32,000 nucleotides of DNA, taken from NCBI RefSeq assembly GCF_001458695.1, contig NZ_LN885086.1, positions 2,580,001 to 2,612,000 on the forward strand, in the 5' to 3' direction. Within the stretch, counting starts at the first letter, position 1, and the number at the start of each line of letters is the position of its first letter. This DNA is from Candidatus Nitrospira inopinata. GTDB lineage: Bacteria; Nitrospirota; Nitrospiria; Nitrospirales; Nitrospiraceae. Positions 1-8,159 of the stretch are shown piece by piece. A program made the translations under genes and the position numbers. The notes beneath the pieces are model-generated. The model was not told the DNA's origin, made no database searches, and saw only the letters and a list, made by a program, of their open reading frames with translations.

Positions 1-179
1 GCCGACCGGGCACAGGTTTGCCGCGAAGGAGTTTGGGCATGGCCCCCAAAGGAGGACGCGGGCTCGTATGATTCCGCGCCGGAGAGACCTTATGGGCATA
101 TGGTAGAGCAATAGCGAGATGTTACCGGATCTCCCATGAATAGAGACGCAACCATGTGGAAGTTTCTTTTCGTCTCTCC

Positions 180-208
180 TTGAGTCGCCGTCTTTCGCCA
201 AGTACACT
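180..208 (+). promoter_or_regulatory. candidate sigma70 promoter for the cytochrome c gene
   Basis: TTGAGT (180-185), 17 nt spacer, TACACT (203-208), about 22 nt upstream of the ATG at 231. Pattern match only. Confidence 0.3.
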
Positions 209-230
209 TCCGACGATATTTTGAGACGCC

Positions 231-794
231 ATGAACGACAAGCCTTCCGATCCGGCCGATCGTTCCGATGCTTCCTCGCAAGAATCCCGTTCTTCTTCAA
301 CCCGAAGGGAGCGGGTCGTGAGTCTCGTCGTCATCGGCCTTGTGCTGTCCTCCGCGCTCTGGGCTCTTCGAACGGAAGATCGCCCGCCACGTACTTCGTC
401 GTCGAGCGCCGGGCCTTCCGGCTCGACCGTCGTCTTGCCGGAAGAAAAGGTTCCTTTGGTGACGGGAGATGAAACGATTCATGAAATTTTTATCCGGGCC
501 GGCTGCGTCGTGTGTCATCAAATCCCCGGAATTCCGGAAGCGAAAGGTCGGGTGGGCCCGCCCCTGGCATTGGGGAGCACGGGGAAACGACGGCTCGGTG
601 ATCCGGCTTATCGTGGAAAGGCCAGGACCGTTCACGAATACGTGATTGAATCGGTGTTGGAGCCGGATCGGTTCGTCGTGCCGGGCTATCCGAGCCGAAC
701 GATGCCGGCCTGGTACGGATCGAAGCTCAGCGCGCTCGCGTTGGAAAAAATCGCCAGGTATTTGGAGCAGCAAACGGGGGATGACGGGGAATGA
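231..794 (+). CDS. membrane-anchored mono-haem c-type cytochrome
   Basis: 187-aa ORF. N-terminal hydrophobic helix VVSLVVIGLVLSSALWAL. Single CVVCH haem-c binding motif. Candidate distal Met in SRTMPAWY. Confidence 0.7.
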   Translation: MNDKPSDPADRSDASSQESRSSSTRRERVVSLVVIGLVLSSALWALRTEDRPPRTSSSSAGPSGSTVVLPEEKVPLVTGDETIHEIFIRAGCVVCHQIPGIPEAKGRVGPPLALGSTGKRRLGDPAYRGKARTVHEYVIESVLEPDRFVVPGYPSRTMPAWYGSKLSALALEKIARYLEQQTGDDGE

Positions 795-827
795 AAAATG
801 GGACGATCGGCCGGCCTTTCGGCGATC
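795..827 (-). terminator. possible rho-independent terminator after pilU
   Basis: Lies between convergent stops (cytochrome TGA 792-794, pilU stop 843-845). Imperfect hairpin 805-813 / 820-827 (GATCgGCCG / CGGCGATC, 8 bp with one bulge, 6-nt loop). On the minus strand it is followed by TTTTT (plus-strand AAAAA 795-799). Confidence 0.35.
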
Positions 828-842
828 TCCGGCTTGTCGCGC

Positions 843-2018
843 TCAGCGTTTCCGCAAGGGAGTGATCCTGTCGGTTCGCCCCCCCTGAATCCTGAACGCG
901 TCGCCCGTTCCTCCGCCGGTTTGCCTGTCCAGCAAGACGTTGACGGCGTCGTCTCCCTTCAAGCCTTCCAGTTTGATCTTCAGCCGGAGATTGTTGGCGC
1001 TGTCGGCGTTGATCAAGGCCTGTTCCAGGCTGATGCGATTGTCCTTGTATAACTGGAACAGCACGCGATCGAACGTCTGGCATCCTTCTTCGTGCCCCTG
1101 TTCCATCGCCTCTTTGAGCGTGTCGACTTCGGCCTTCTTGATCAGATCCTTCACGCGCGGCGTGTCCAACATGATTTCCAACGCCGGTACGCGCCGCCCG
1201 TCGAGCGACGGAATCAACCGTTGGGAGATGATGGCGCGGAGGTTGAGGGACAGTTGCAGATAGATCTGCGCGTGCCGCTCCTGCGGAAAAAAATTCATGA
1301 TGCGTTCGATCGCCTGATTCGCGTTGTTGGAGTGCAGGGTGGCCAGGCACAGGTGGCCGGTTTCGGCGAACGTGATGGCGGCCTCCATCGTCTCGGTGTC
1401 GCGCACCTCGCCGATCAGAATGACGTCGGGAGCTTGGCGCAAAGCGTTCTTCAGCGCGTTTTGGAAATTCAGGGTGTCGAAGCCCACCTCGCGCTGCGTG
1501 ACGATGGATTTTTTGTGTTGATGCACGAATTCGATCGGGTCTTCGACCGTGACGATGTGGCCGGCCTGGACCGTGTTGCGATGGTCGATCATGGCGGCCA
1601 AGGTCGTGGATTTACCGGAGCCGGTGGCCCCGACGACGAGCACCAGTCCGCGTTTAGTCATGGCGATGTCTTTGATGATCGGAGGGAGCTGCAACTCCTC
1701 GACCGTTTGGATTTCGGCTTTGATGTGGCGGAACACGATGCCCACGTTCCCCCGCTGGCGAAAGACGTTGACGCGGAACCGGCCGAGCTCTTTGTAGTAG
1801 AGCGCCAGGTTCATTTCCATTTTTTCTTCGAATTCGCCGCGCTGTTGACCGCGCATCAACGCCAAGGCCAACGCTTCCAATTGGTCGTTGGTGAACGGCG
1901 GCGCGTCGGCCGGTTGCGTCGAACCGTGCACGCGATAAATCGGCGGCGCATCCACGGTCAAATAGAGGTCGGACGCTTCATGGTCCACCATGACCTTGAG
2001 CATGCTGCGAACGTCCAT
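843..2018 (-). CDS. pilU: type IV pilus retraction ATPase, PilU-like
   Basis: 391 aa. PilT/PilU family N-terminus (ASDLYLTVDAPPIYRVHG) and Walker A GATGSGKST. The region corresponding to the PilT AIRNLIRE motif reads PRVKDLIKKAEV, which is PilU-like. It sits 29 nt downstream of pilT on the same strand, as in the Pseudomonas pilT-pilU pair. Confidence 0.85.
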   Translation of the reverse strand: MDVRSMLKVMVDHEASDLYLTVDAPPIYRVHGSTQPADAPPFTNDQLEALALALMRGQQRGEFEEKMEMNLALYYKELGRFRVNVFRQRGNVGIVFRHIKAEIQTVEELQLPPIIKDIAMTKRGLVLVVGATGSGKSTTLAAMIDHRNTVQAGHIVTVEDPIEFVHQHKKSIVTQREVGFDTLNFQNALKNALRQAPDVILIGEVRDTETMEAAITFAETGHLCLATLHSNNANQAIERIMNFFPQERHAQIYLQLSLNLRAIISQRLIPSLDGRRVPALEIMLDTPRVKDLIKKAEVDTLKEAMEQGHEEGCQTFDRVLFQLYKDNRISLEQALINADSANNLRLKIKLEGLKGDDAVNVLLDRQTGGGTGDAFRIQGGRTDRITPLRKR

Positions 2019-2047
2019 GGGGCGGTCATCCTTTCTCGGCTCGGTTC

Positions 2048-3106
2048 TCAGGCGGCCCCGCTCATGGGCGCGCCGAAGAGATTGGGCGTCATGCTGCGGG
2101 ATTGCGCTTCCGCCTTCGTCACGACGCCGCGCATCGCGAGGTCGATCAACGCCATGTCCATCGTTTGCATGCCGTCTTTTTGGCTGGCCTGCATGATGCC
2201 GGGAATTTGATGGAGCTTGGCCTCGCGGATGAGATTGCGCACGGCCGTGGTCGCCACCATGATCTCGAGCGCGGCGACTCGGCCGCCGGTCTTTTTCTTA
2301 AGGAGGGTCTGCGTGATGACGGCCTCCAACGCCTCGGACAATTGCGTTCGGATTTGCGCCTGTTGGGCCGGCGGAAACGCATCGATGATGCGGTCGATGG
2401 TCTTGGGGGCGCTGGACGTATGCAGCGTGCCGAAAACCAGGTGACCGGTTTCCGCGGCGGTCAAGGCCAGTTGAATCGTTTCGAGATCCCGCATTTCGCC
2501 GACGAGGATGATGTCCGGGTCCTCGCGCAGGGCCGATCGAAGCGCGTTGGCGAAGGACAAGGTATGCACGCCGAGCTCGCGCTGATTGACGAGGCATTTT
2601 TTGGATTTGTGCACGAACTCGATCGGATCTTCGATCGTGATGATATGGCCCTCGAACGTCGTGTTCAGATAATCGACCATCGCCGCGAGCGTGGTGGATT
2701 TACCGGAGCCGGTGGGACCGGTGACCAGGATCAATCCCTTTTCCTTGTCGCACAACTGCCGAATGACCGGCGGCATGCCGAGCTTGTCCAGCGGAACGAT
2801 GATGGTGGGAATGTTTCGGAACACCGCGCCGAGTCCCCGTTGCTGCACGAAGACGTTCACGCGGAACCGTGCGATGTCGCCCAACTCGAAAGAGAAGTCG
2901 CATTCGCGATGCTCTTCGAAGTGCTTCCTCTGCACATCGTTCATCATGTCGTAGATCAGCGCATGGGTTTCCTCCGGCGTCAGGGCCGGATGATCGAGTT
3001 TTTTCATGTCGCCGTGGATGCGGACCATCGGCGGCTCTCCGGCGCTGAGATGGCAATCCGAAGCCCCTTCTTTCACGGCGAACGTCAACAATTTGGAAAT
3101 ATCCAT
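2048..3106 (-). CDS. pilT: type IV pilus twitching-motility ATPase PilT
   Basis: The tracked ORF runs to 3400, but homology-like sequence starts at MDISKLLTFAVKEGASDCHLSAGEPPMVRIHG (ATG at 3106). Walker A GPTGSGKST and the PilT signature AVRNLIRE are present. Length 352 aa. Confidence 0.9.
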   Translation of the reverse strand: MDISKLLTFAVKEGASDCHLSAGEPPMVRIHGDMKKLDHPALTPEETHALIYDMMNDVQRKHFEEHRECDFSFELGDIARFRVNVFVQQRGLGAVFRNIPTIIVPLDKLGMPPVIRQLCDKEKGLILVTGPTGSGKSTTLAAMVDYLNTTFEGHIITIEDPIEFVHKSKKCLVNQRELGVHTLSFANALRSALREDPDIILVGEMRDLETIQLALTAAETGHLVFGTLHTSSAPKTIDRIIDAFPPAQQAQIRTQLSEALEAVITQTLLKKKTGGRVAALEIMVATTAVRNLIREAKLHQIPGIMQASQKDGMQTMDMALIDLAMRGVVTKAEAQSRSMTPNLFGAPMSGAA

Positions 3107-3182
3107 TTGAGTGCTCTCCCAAAGCGGGCCGATAAGGACGGCGCGAAATACGACACGGTGGGATGATGCCATAGGGACGGGG

Positions 3183-3224
3183 AAAAGCAAGAAAACGGCT
3201 GAAATGCGTCGGGACGATCGACGC
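3183..3224 (-). terminator. possible rho-independent terminator after bioF
   Basis: GCGTCG/CGACGC 6-bp stem (3206-3211 / 3219-3224) with a 7-nt loop, directly after the bioF stop. On the minus strand it is followed by the T-rich tract ATTTCAGCCGTTTTCTTGCTTTT. Confidence 0.4.
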
Positions 3225-3227
3225 GAA

Positions 3228-4400
3228 TCAAATGAGACGCAGGGCGCGACCGGCCGACTCGAACGCGTGCAACGCCTCTTCGAGGTGACTTGCCGTGTGT
3301 TCGGAGGTGACGGTGATCCTGATGCGACTGGTCCCCTGGGGAACGGTCGGCGGTCTGACGGCCGGCGCATAGACTCCGCGGGCCAGCAGTTGTTCGGCAA
3401 AAGCGAGGGCGGTGGCGGCGTCGCCGATCAAGACGGGCAAGATGGGACTCACGGTTTCCGTCAGGCGAAAGCCAAGACGACGTAATCCGTGAAGCATCCA
3501 CGCTTGGTTCTCCCACAATCTGGTCCGCCGCTCCGGCTCTTGCCGAATAATGGTCACGGCGGCGCGCGCCGCCGCCGCCGTGGCGGGAGGCGGGGCGGTC
3601 GTGAACATGAACGAGCGGGCCGTGTTGAGCAAATAGTCGATGATCTCCCCGGAGCCGACCACGTATGCGCCGCTGCTGCCCAATGCTTTGCCCAACGTGC
3701 CCATGTGAAAAGGGATGTCATCTTCCACCCCCAAGGCTTCAAGTGTTCCTCTGCCGGTGGCGCCCATGACGCCGGTTCCGTGCGCGTCGTCGACGTAGAG
3801 GGCGGCGTCATAACGTTTGGCGAGAGACGCCAATTCCGCAAGAGGCGCAAGGTCGCCGTCCATGCTGAATAATCCGTCGGTGACGATCAGGGTCCGGCGA
3901 TGCGATCGCCTCCGCTTCAGCAATGACTCGAGGTGATCGGCGTCGCGATGCCGAAAGACCCGAAAATCGGCTCCGCTCAATCGACAGCCGTCGATGAGGC
4001 TGGCGTGACACAGTCGATCCGCCAGGATGAGGCCGTCGCGTCCGATCAAGGCGGGAATGACGCCAAGGTTTGCAAGATATCCCGAGCCAAATAAAAGCGC
4101 GGCTTCCGTTCCTTTGAAGGAAGCCAGGGCCGATTCCAACTCGGAGTGGGGAGGAAGCGTCCCGCAGATCAGCCGAGACGCGCCGGCGCCGCTTCCATAT
4201 TGCTCCGTCGCGTGAACGGCGGCTCGGATGACCGAGGGATGGGCCGCCAATCCAAGGTAGTCGTTGGAAGACAAGAGAATGACCGGCCGCCCGCCGTACC
4301 GAACGATAGGCCCCGTGGAAGATTCCACCGTGTTCAACCGGCGGATCAGGGCCTCATCGAGTCGATGCCGATAGTTCGCGCTGAACCGGTCTTGGGACAT
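3228..4400 (-). CDS. bioF: 8-amino-7-oxononanoate synthase (class II alpha-oxoamine synthase)
   Basis: 390 aa. SNDYLGL motif, DDAHGTG, and PLP-lysine context MGTLGKALGSSGAYV. A KBL/SPT-type paralog cannot be fully excluded. Confidence 0.7.
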   Translation of the reverse strand: MSQDRFSANYRHRLDEALIRRLNTVESSTGPIVRYGGRPVILLSSNDYLGLAAHPSVIRAAVHATEQYGSGAGASRLICGTLPPHSELESALASFKGTEAALLFGSGYLANLGVIPALIGRDGLILADRLCHASLIDGCRLSGADFRVFRHRDADHLESLLKRRRSHRRTLIVTDGLFSMDGDLAPLAELASLAKRYDAALYVDDAHGTGVMGATGRGTLEALGVEDDIPFHMGTLGKALGSSGAYVVGSGEIIDYLLNTARSFMFTTAPPPATAAAARAAVTIIRQEPERRTRLWENQAWMLHGLRRLGFRLTETVSPILPVLIGDAATALAFAEQLLARGVYAPAVRPPTVPQGTSRIRITVTSEHTASHLEEALHAFESAGRALRLI

Positions 4401-4439
4401 TCCAAAGGCTTTCGCTTCTCATTCTTGACGGCTTGTGCA

Positions 4440-4469
4440 TTGACAAAGCAAATCACCCCTTAGTATAAA
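4440..4469 (+). promoter_or_regulatory. candidate sigma70 promoter for the TPR gene at 4525
   Basis: Consensus TTGACA (4440-4445), 18 nt spacer, TATAAA (4464-4469), 55 nt upstream of the ATG. Confidence 0.5.
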
Positions 4470-4482
4470 GCCAAGGTTTCTT

Positions 4483-4502
4483 TCAATGGAACGTTCCATT
4501 GA
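4483..4502. promoter_or_regulatory. perfect 20-bp palindrome, an operator-like site or 5'UTR hairpin
   Basis: TCAATGGAACGTTCCATTGA equals its own reverse complement. It lies about +8 to +27 relative to the predicted promoter at 4440-4469, 23 nt before the ATG at 4525 and about 83 nt upstream of the divergent bioF ATG. Confidence 0.45.
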
Positions 4503-4524
4503 TATTTTTTGAGGACCATGCAGC

Positions 4525-5271
4525 ATGACGTATCGCATCAAAGTCCCCCCCCGCCAACTGCCCGTCGATGAGGCCAAATTAGTCGGGTCGCTGGAACAGT
4601 GGCTCATGGATATGAAAAAGCATCGGTGGTCGTTTTTGGGCGGGGTGGGAGTGTTGGTCGTGGCGGGGGGTATTATTGCGGCGGTCTTGTGGCAGAACGC
4701 GGAAGCCGCCCGCAAGGCGCAAGACTTGGAACGGGAGGCGACGCTTCATTATCTGATGCGTCCGCTGAATGATCCCAAAAAAGTCGAATCCAACATGCAG
4801 GAAGCGATCGCCCTGTATAAAAAAATTACCGTTGAGTATCCGAACACGCCGTCGGCCCCTCTGGCGCTGTTCGGTCTGGGCAACGCCCTGCTCGAAACCA
4901 ATCAGCTTGACGCCGCGATCGACGCCTATGCGAGGTTGATTTCCACCTATGGCTCGAACAAAACGCTGGTCGATCTTGCGCGTCAAAAACTCGCCTACGC
5001 CTATCTTTTGAAGGGAGATGTCGCTCAAGCGACGCAGTCCTACTCGGCGGTGCTCAATAACCCCGAAGCGCTGAACCGCGATCAGGCGTTGTTCGAGTTG
5101 GCTCGACTGGATGAAAGCCAATCGAGGCTGGATGAAGCGTTGAAGCGGTATCAGGAACTTATCAAATCCTACCCCAACTCTCCGTTGGCCAACGAAGCAA
5201 TTCTTCGGGAAAAAATTCTCGAGGCCAAAAAATCCTACGAGGCAGCCTCCTCGTCCGACAAAAAGCCGTAA
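4525..5271 (+). CDS. membrane-anchored tetratricopeptide-repeat protein (YfgM/YbgF-like architecture)
   Basis: 248 aa. One N-terminal TM helix (WSFLGGVGVLVVAGGIIAAVLW) followed by TPR-like helical repeats (ALFGLGNALLETNQLDAAIDAYARLI, ALFELARLDESQSRLDEALKRYQELI). Confidence 0.65.
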   Translation: MTYRIKVPPRQLPVDEAKLVGSLEQWLMDMKKHRWSFLGGVGVLVVAGGIIAAVLWQNAEAARKAQDLEREATLHYLMRPLNDPKKVESNMQEAIALYKKITVEYPNTPSAPLALFGLGNALLETNQLDAAIDAYARLISTYGSNKTLVDLARQKLAYAYLLKGDVAQATQSYSAVLNNPEALNRDQALFELARLDESQSRLDEALKRYQELIKSYPNSPLANEAILREKILEAKKSYEAASSSDKKP

Positions 5272-5342
5272 CTCTCGCCGAACGCATATTTCATCATCGA
5301 GTGCATCACCAAGCACGCCTCTTCACGGAGCGGAGAAGATGA

Positions 5343-6650
5343 TTATCGACGGATGAGGAGCATCTCGCCCGCTTTAAGGGAGGGGCGGGAGAGGTTATTT
5401 TGCGCCTTCAATGTTTTGACCGGGACCCGGAATCGTTTGGAGATTTTCTCCAACGTGTCCCCGGCTCGCACTCGATACCACCGCGACGTTTCCGCCTTCA
5501 CCTGCTTTGTTTGCGGCGGAAGGGGGGGGAATTTATAGGTGGGAATTCGGTCCAGCACCTGTCTGAGTTTTGCCGCCGTTCCGACCGGCACTTTCAGATG
5601 GTACGCGGAATCGTCCGGAGGCGTGGCATCGCGCCGAAGCTCCGGATTCAACAGCCGAAGTTCTTCGTACGGAATGCCGGAAAGATTGGCGATTGCGCGG
5701 AAATGCAGCGGTCGGTCGACGACCACTTCTTCAAACTGATGGGGCGGCGCCGTATCGTGGTTGAACCCGTAACGATCCGGGTTACGGGCGATGATGGTGG
5801 CGGCCATGATGCGAGGCACATAGTGCTTGGTCTCTGGTCGAATGAGTTTGGTTTTCGAGATATCCCAGAACGTTTCCGCCTGAGCCTTTTGCAGCGCGCG
5901 CAGCACCTTGCCTTCACCGGCGTTGTAGGCCGCCATGGCCAAGGGCCACGTCCCGAAGAGGTCGTAGAGATCCCGGAGATACCGGGCGGCGGCGACGGTC
6001 GATTTGATCGGATCCCGTCGTTCATCGACATAATGATCGATGCGGAGGCCGTAGGTTTTGCCGGTCGCCTTCATGAACTGCCAAGGACCGGTCGCTTTCG
6101 CCCGTGAATACGCATAGGGGTTGAAACCGCTTTCCACCAGCGACAAATTGATCAGGTCGCTTGGAAGATCGAACTCCGCAAAAATAGATTCGATGAGCGG
6201 GCGGTACCGGCTGAGTCTCAGAAGCCATTGCTCGAAGCGATCCCTGATGGAAGTATGAAAGAATCGCAGGTGGCTCTCGACCACCGGATCGATCACCACG
6301 GGAATATTGTAGGCATCGCTCTCCATGTCCTCTTCGGGATCAGAAGACTGGGCGGTTTGGCCGTCCGACTCGGAGGCAGCCGATGATTCAGCCGCGGCTC
6401 CGCCGGTTTCATTTGCCGGTTGAATGCCGGTTGGAGCCTGCTGAGGAAGAGCAAGCTCCGAGTCCAGGGGAACGAGGTTGGCGTCGACGTCGTCGTCTCC
6501 TTGGCCGCCGACAAGCGACGGGGAATCGACGTCGCTCTTAAGACGATCACTCGCCGCGCTTGCTTTGACGGGCAAGAGGAGCAGCAACGCACATAAAGGC
6601 ATCATCAGGCCCTTGGGCATCATATCCGTATGTCGAAATCGCAACGACAT
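5343..6650 (-). CDS. mltD: lytic murein transglycosylase with C-terminal LysM domain (MltD-like)
   Basis: 435 aa. Signal peptide (MMPLCALLLLLPVKASA). SLT motifs (LVESGFNP, GPWQFM, AYNAGEG). C-terminal LysM (YRVRAGDTLEKISKRFRVPVKTLKAQNNL). A GGAGGGAGAGG Shine-Dalgarno lies upstream of the ATG at 6650. Confidence 0.8.
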   Translation of the reverse strand: MSLRFRHTDMMPKGLMMPLCALLLLLPVKASAASDRLKSDVDSPSLVGGQGDDDVDANLVPLDSELALPQQAPTGIQPANETGGAAAESSAASESDGQTAQSSDPEEDMESDAYNIPVVIDPVVESHLRFFHTSIRDRFEQWLLRLSRYRPLIESIFAEFDLPSDLINLSLVESGFNPYAYSRAKATGPWQFMKATGKTYGLRIDHYVDERRDPIKSTVAAARYLRDLYDLFGTWPLAMAAYNAGEGKVLRALQKAQAETFWDISKTKLIRPETKHYVPRIMAATIIARNPDRYGFNHDTAPPHQFEEVVVDRPLHFRAIANLSGIPYEELRLLNPELRRDATPPDDSAYHLKVPVGTAAKLRQVLDRIPTYKFPPLPPQTKQVKAETSRWYRVRAGDTLEKISKRFRVPVKTLKAQNNLSRPSLKAGEMLLIRR

Positions 6651-6709
6651 GACGATAAGCCTCTCCCTCCTGAGTCGAATATGAGCCTTGTACTGGTCTC
6701 GGTGCGCCT

Positions 6710-6738
6710 AGACTATCGAGCAGTCCGATGCTTGTCAA
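6710..6738 (-). promoter_or_regulatory. candidate sigma70 promoter for the mltD-like gene
   Basis: On the minus strand: TTGACA (6738-6733), 17 nt spacer, TAGTCT (6715-6710), about 60 nt upstream of the ATG at 6650. Confidence 0.4.
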
Positions 6739-6891
6739 GAAATGAAAGGGATGGGAGCCCCCTCTTTAGGAGGATGAGAGATTATGGTGATTTCTATTTT
6801 TTCGATAGCGCTTCAACGATGCTTCTCTGCCGCGCCATCGGGATTCATTGTGAAAACTCTGAAAACATCTGCCGTTGCGGCGGGCGATTTC

Positions 6892-6921
6892 TTGACAGTT
6901 TCCCGGCGCTAATGGTAGCGT
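6892..6921 (+). promoter_or_regulatory. candidate sigma70 promoter (extended -10) for the aminotransferase-serA operon
   Basis: TTGACA (6892-6897), 18 nt spacer, TAGCGT (6916-6921), with a TG at 6913-6914 (TGn extended -10). About 60 nt upstream of the ATG at 6982. Confidence 0.4.
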
Positions 6922-6981
6922 ACCGCCTCTTCTTTCTCGTGGACACCCACCGAAACTCGTTGGTGTAAGGAGGATTGATTC

Positions 6982-8124
6982 ATGTTGAAGCGGTATCTCT
7001 TGGCACCTGGCCCGACGCCTGTGCCGCCCGAAGTCTTATTGGCCATGGCGCGGCCGATCATCCATCACCGAGCGCCGGAGTTCGACCCTATTTTCGCAGA
7101 GGTTCGCGCCGGCTTGCAGTGGCTGTTTCAAACACGGAACGACGTGTTGATGCTGTCGGCATCCGGCACGGGAGGCATGGAGGGAGCCGTCTCGAATTTT
7201 TTATCGCCCGGCGACAAGGCCCTGTTTGTCAATGGCGGCAAGTTCGGAGAGCGCTGGGGCAAGATCTGCAAAACCTTCGGAGTCCAGGCGACCGAAATCA
7301 AAGTCGAGTGGGGCCGTGCGGTCGATCCGCAACAAGTCGCCGACGCACTCAAAAAAGACCCATCCATTAGAGCCGTCTACGTTCAAGCCAGTGAAACGTC
7401 GACGGGCGTGTCACACGATGTCAAAACCCTGGGAGAAATCGTCAAAGCGCATGACAATACCATTCTCGTCGTGGACGCCATCACGGCCTTGGGCGTGTTC
7501 GACATCAAAACCGATGCCTGGGGACTGGACGTCGTCGTGACCGGTTCACAAAAGGCCTTGATGCTTCCGCCCGGCATGGCCTTTGTGAGCGTGAGCGACA
7601 AGGCCTGGGCCTTGGCCGATAAGGCCAAGAACGCCGCCTTCTACTTTAACTTCAAGAAAGAGCGGGAGAATCAAGTCAAGAATCAAACGGCGTTTACTCC
7701 CACCGTTTCTTTGATCGTCGGCCTTCAGGAGGTCTTTAAAATGCTGAAAGCCGAAGGGCTCGACAACATCTTCGCGAGACAGGGACGTTTGGCGCGCGCC
7801 ATGCGCGAAGGAATTCAGGCCGCGGGCTTGACCCTCTTCCCCAAGGAGTCGCCGAGCGACGCCTTGACGGCTGTGTGCGCGCCGGAGGGCATCGACGGCC
7901 AAGCCATCTACAAAAACCTGCGGGTGCAATACGGAATGACGGCAGCGGGGGGACAAGACCATCTGAAGGGGAAAATTTTCCGACTGTCGCACATGGGATA
8001 CGCCGACACGTTTGACGTGATCGCGGCACTGGCCGCGACCGAGATGGTTTTGAAGGGGCTTGGCCATCCGGTACAGTTGGGGCGCGGGGTCGGAAAAGCG
8101 CAAGAAATCCTGATGGCGAAGTAG
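6982..8124 (+). CDS. class V PLP aminotransferase (serine-glyoxylate/alanine-glyoxylate family), probably the phosphoserine aminotransferase of this operon
   Basis: 380 aa. AAGGAGG Shine-Dalgarno 7 nt upstream. N-terminal LLAPGPTPVP and PLP-lysine motif TGSQKAL. Located 36 nt upstream of serA. Confidence 0.8.
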   Translation: MLKRYLLAPGPTPVPPEVLLAMARPIIHHRAPEFDPIFAEVRAGLQWLFQTRNDVLMLSASGTGGMEGAVSNFLSPGDKALFVNGGKFGERWGKICKTFGVQATEIKVEWGRAVDPQQVADALKKDPSIRAVYVQASETSTGVSHDVKTLGEIVKAHDNTILVVDAITALGVFDIKTDAWGLDVVVTGSQKALMLPPGMAFVSVSDKAWALADKAKNAAFYFNFKKERENQVKNQTAFTPTVSLIVGLQEVFKMLKAEGLDNIFARQGRLARAMREGIQAAGLTLFPKESPSDALTAVCAPEGIDGQAIYKNLRVQYGMTAAGGQDHLKGKIFRLSHMGYADTFDVIAALAATEMVLKGLGHPVQLGRGVGKAQEILMAK

Positions 8125-8159
8125 AAGTCATGGGCAAGAACGGAGCGGGAGCGGCGGCC

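Noticed and set aside
1-114. Frame +1 is open from the window edge to a TAG at 112-114 (ADRAQVCREGVW...GHMVEQ). It could be the 3' end of an upstream gene.
   Set aside because: It covers only 37 codons with no recognisable motif, so I cannot distinguish it from chance in GC-rich DNA.
1092-3166. Long + strand ORFs (1092-2210, 372 aa; 2102-3166, 354 aa) opposite pilU and pilT.
   Set aside because: These are antisense shadow ORFs typical of GC-rich DNA. Their translations are Arg/Gly/Asp/His-rich low-complexity sequence with no motifs, while the opposite strand encodes unmistakable PilT/PilU proteins.
3107-3400. A 98-codon N-terminal extension of the pilT ORF.
   Set aside because: The extension is Pro/Arg/Ser-rich and non-homologous, and it overlaps the bioF 3' end and its terminator. 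The family-typical start MDISKLL is at 3106.
6739-6891. The central part of the 331-nt mltD/aminotransferase intergenic region, considered as a riboswitch (a CACCGAA string suggested a glycine or serine leader).
   Set aside because: The glycine-riboswitch core motifs are absent. Two ordinary divergent sigma70-like promoters account for most of the spacer.
7001-7016. TGGCAC hexamers (also at 12495-12500 and 19494-19499), considered as sigma54 -24 elements.
   Set aside because: They lie inside coding sequences, and no TTGC or GC occurs at the required -12 spacing.
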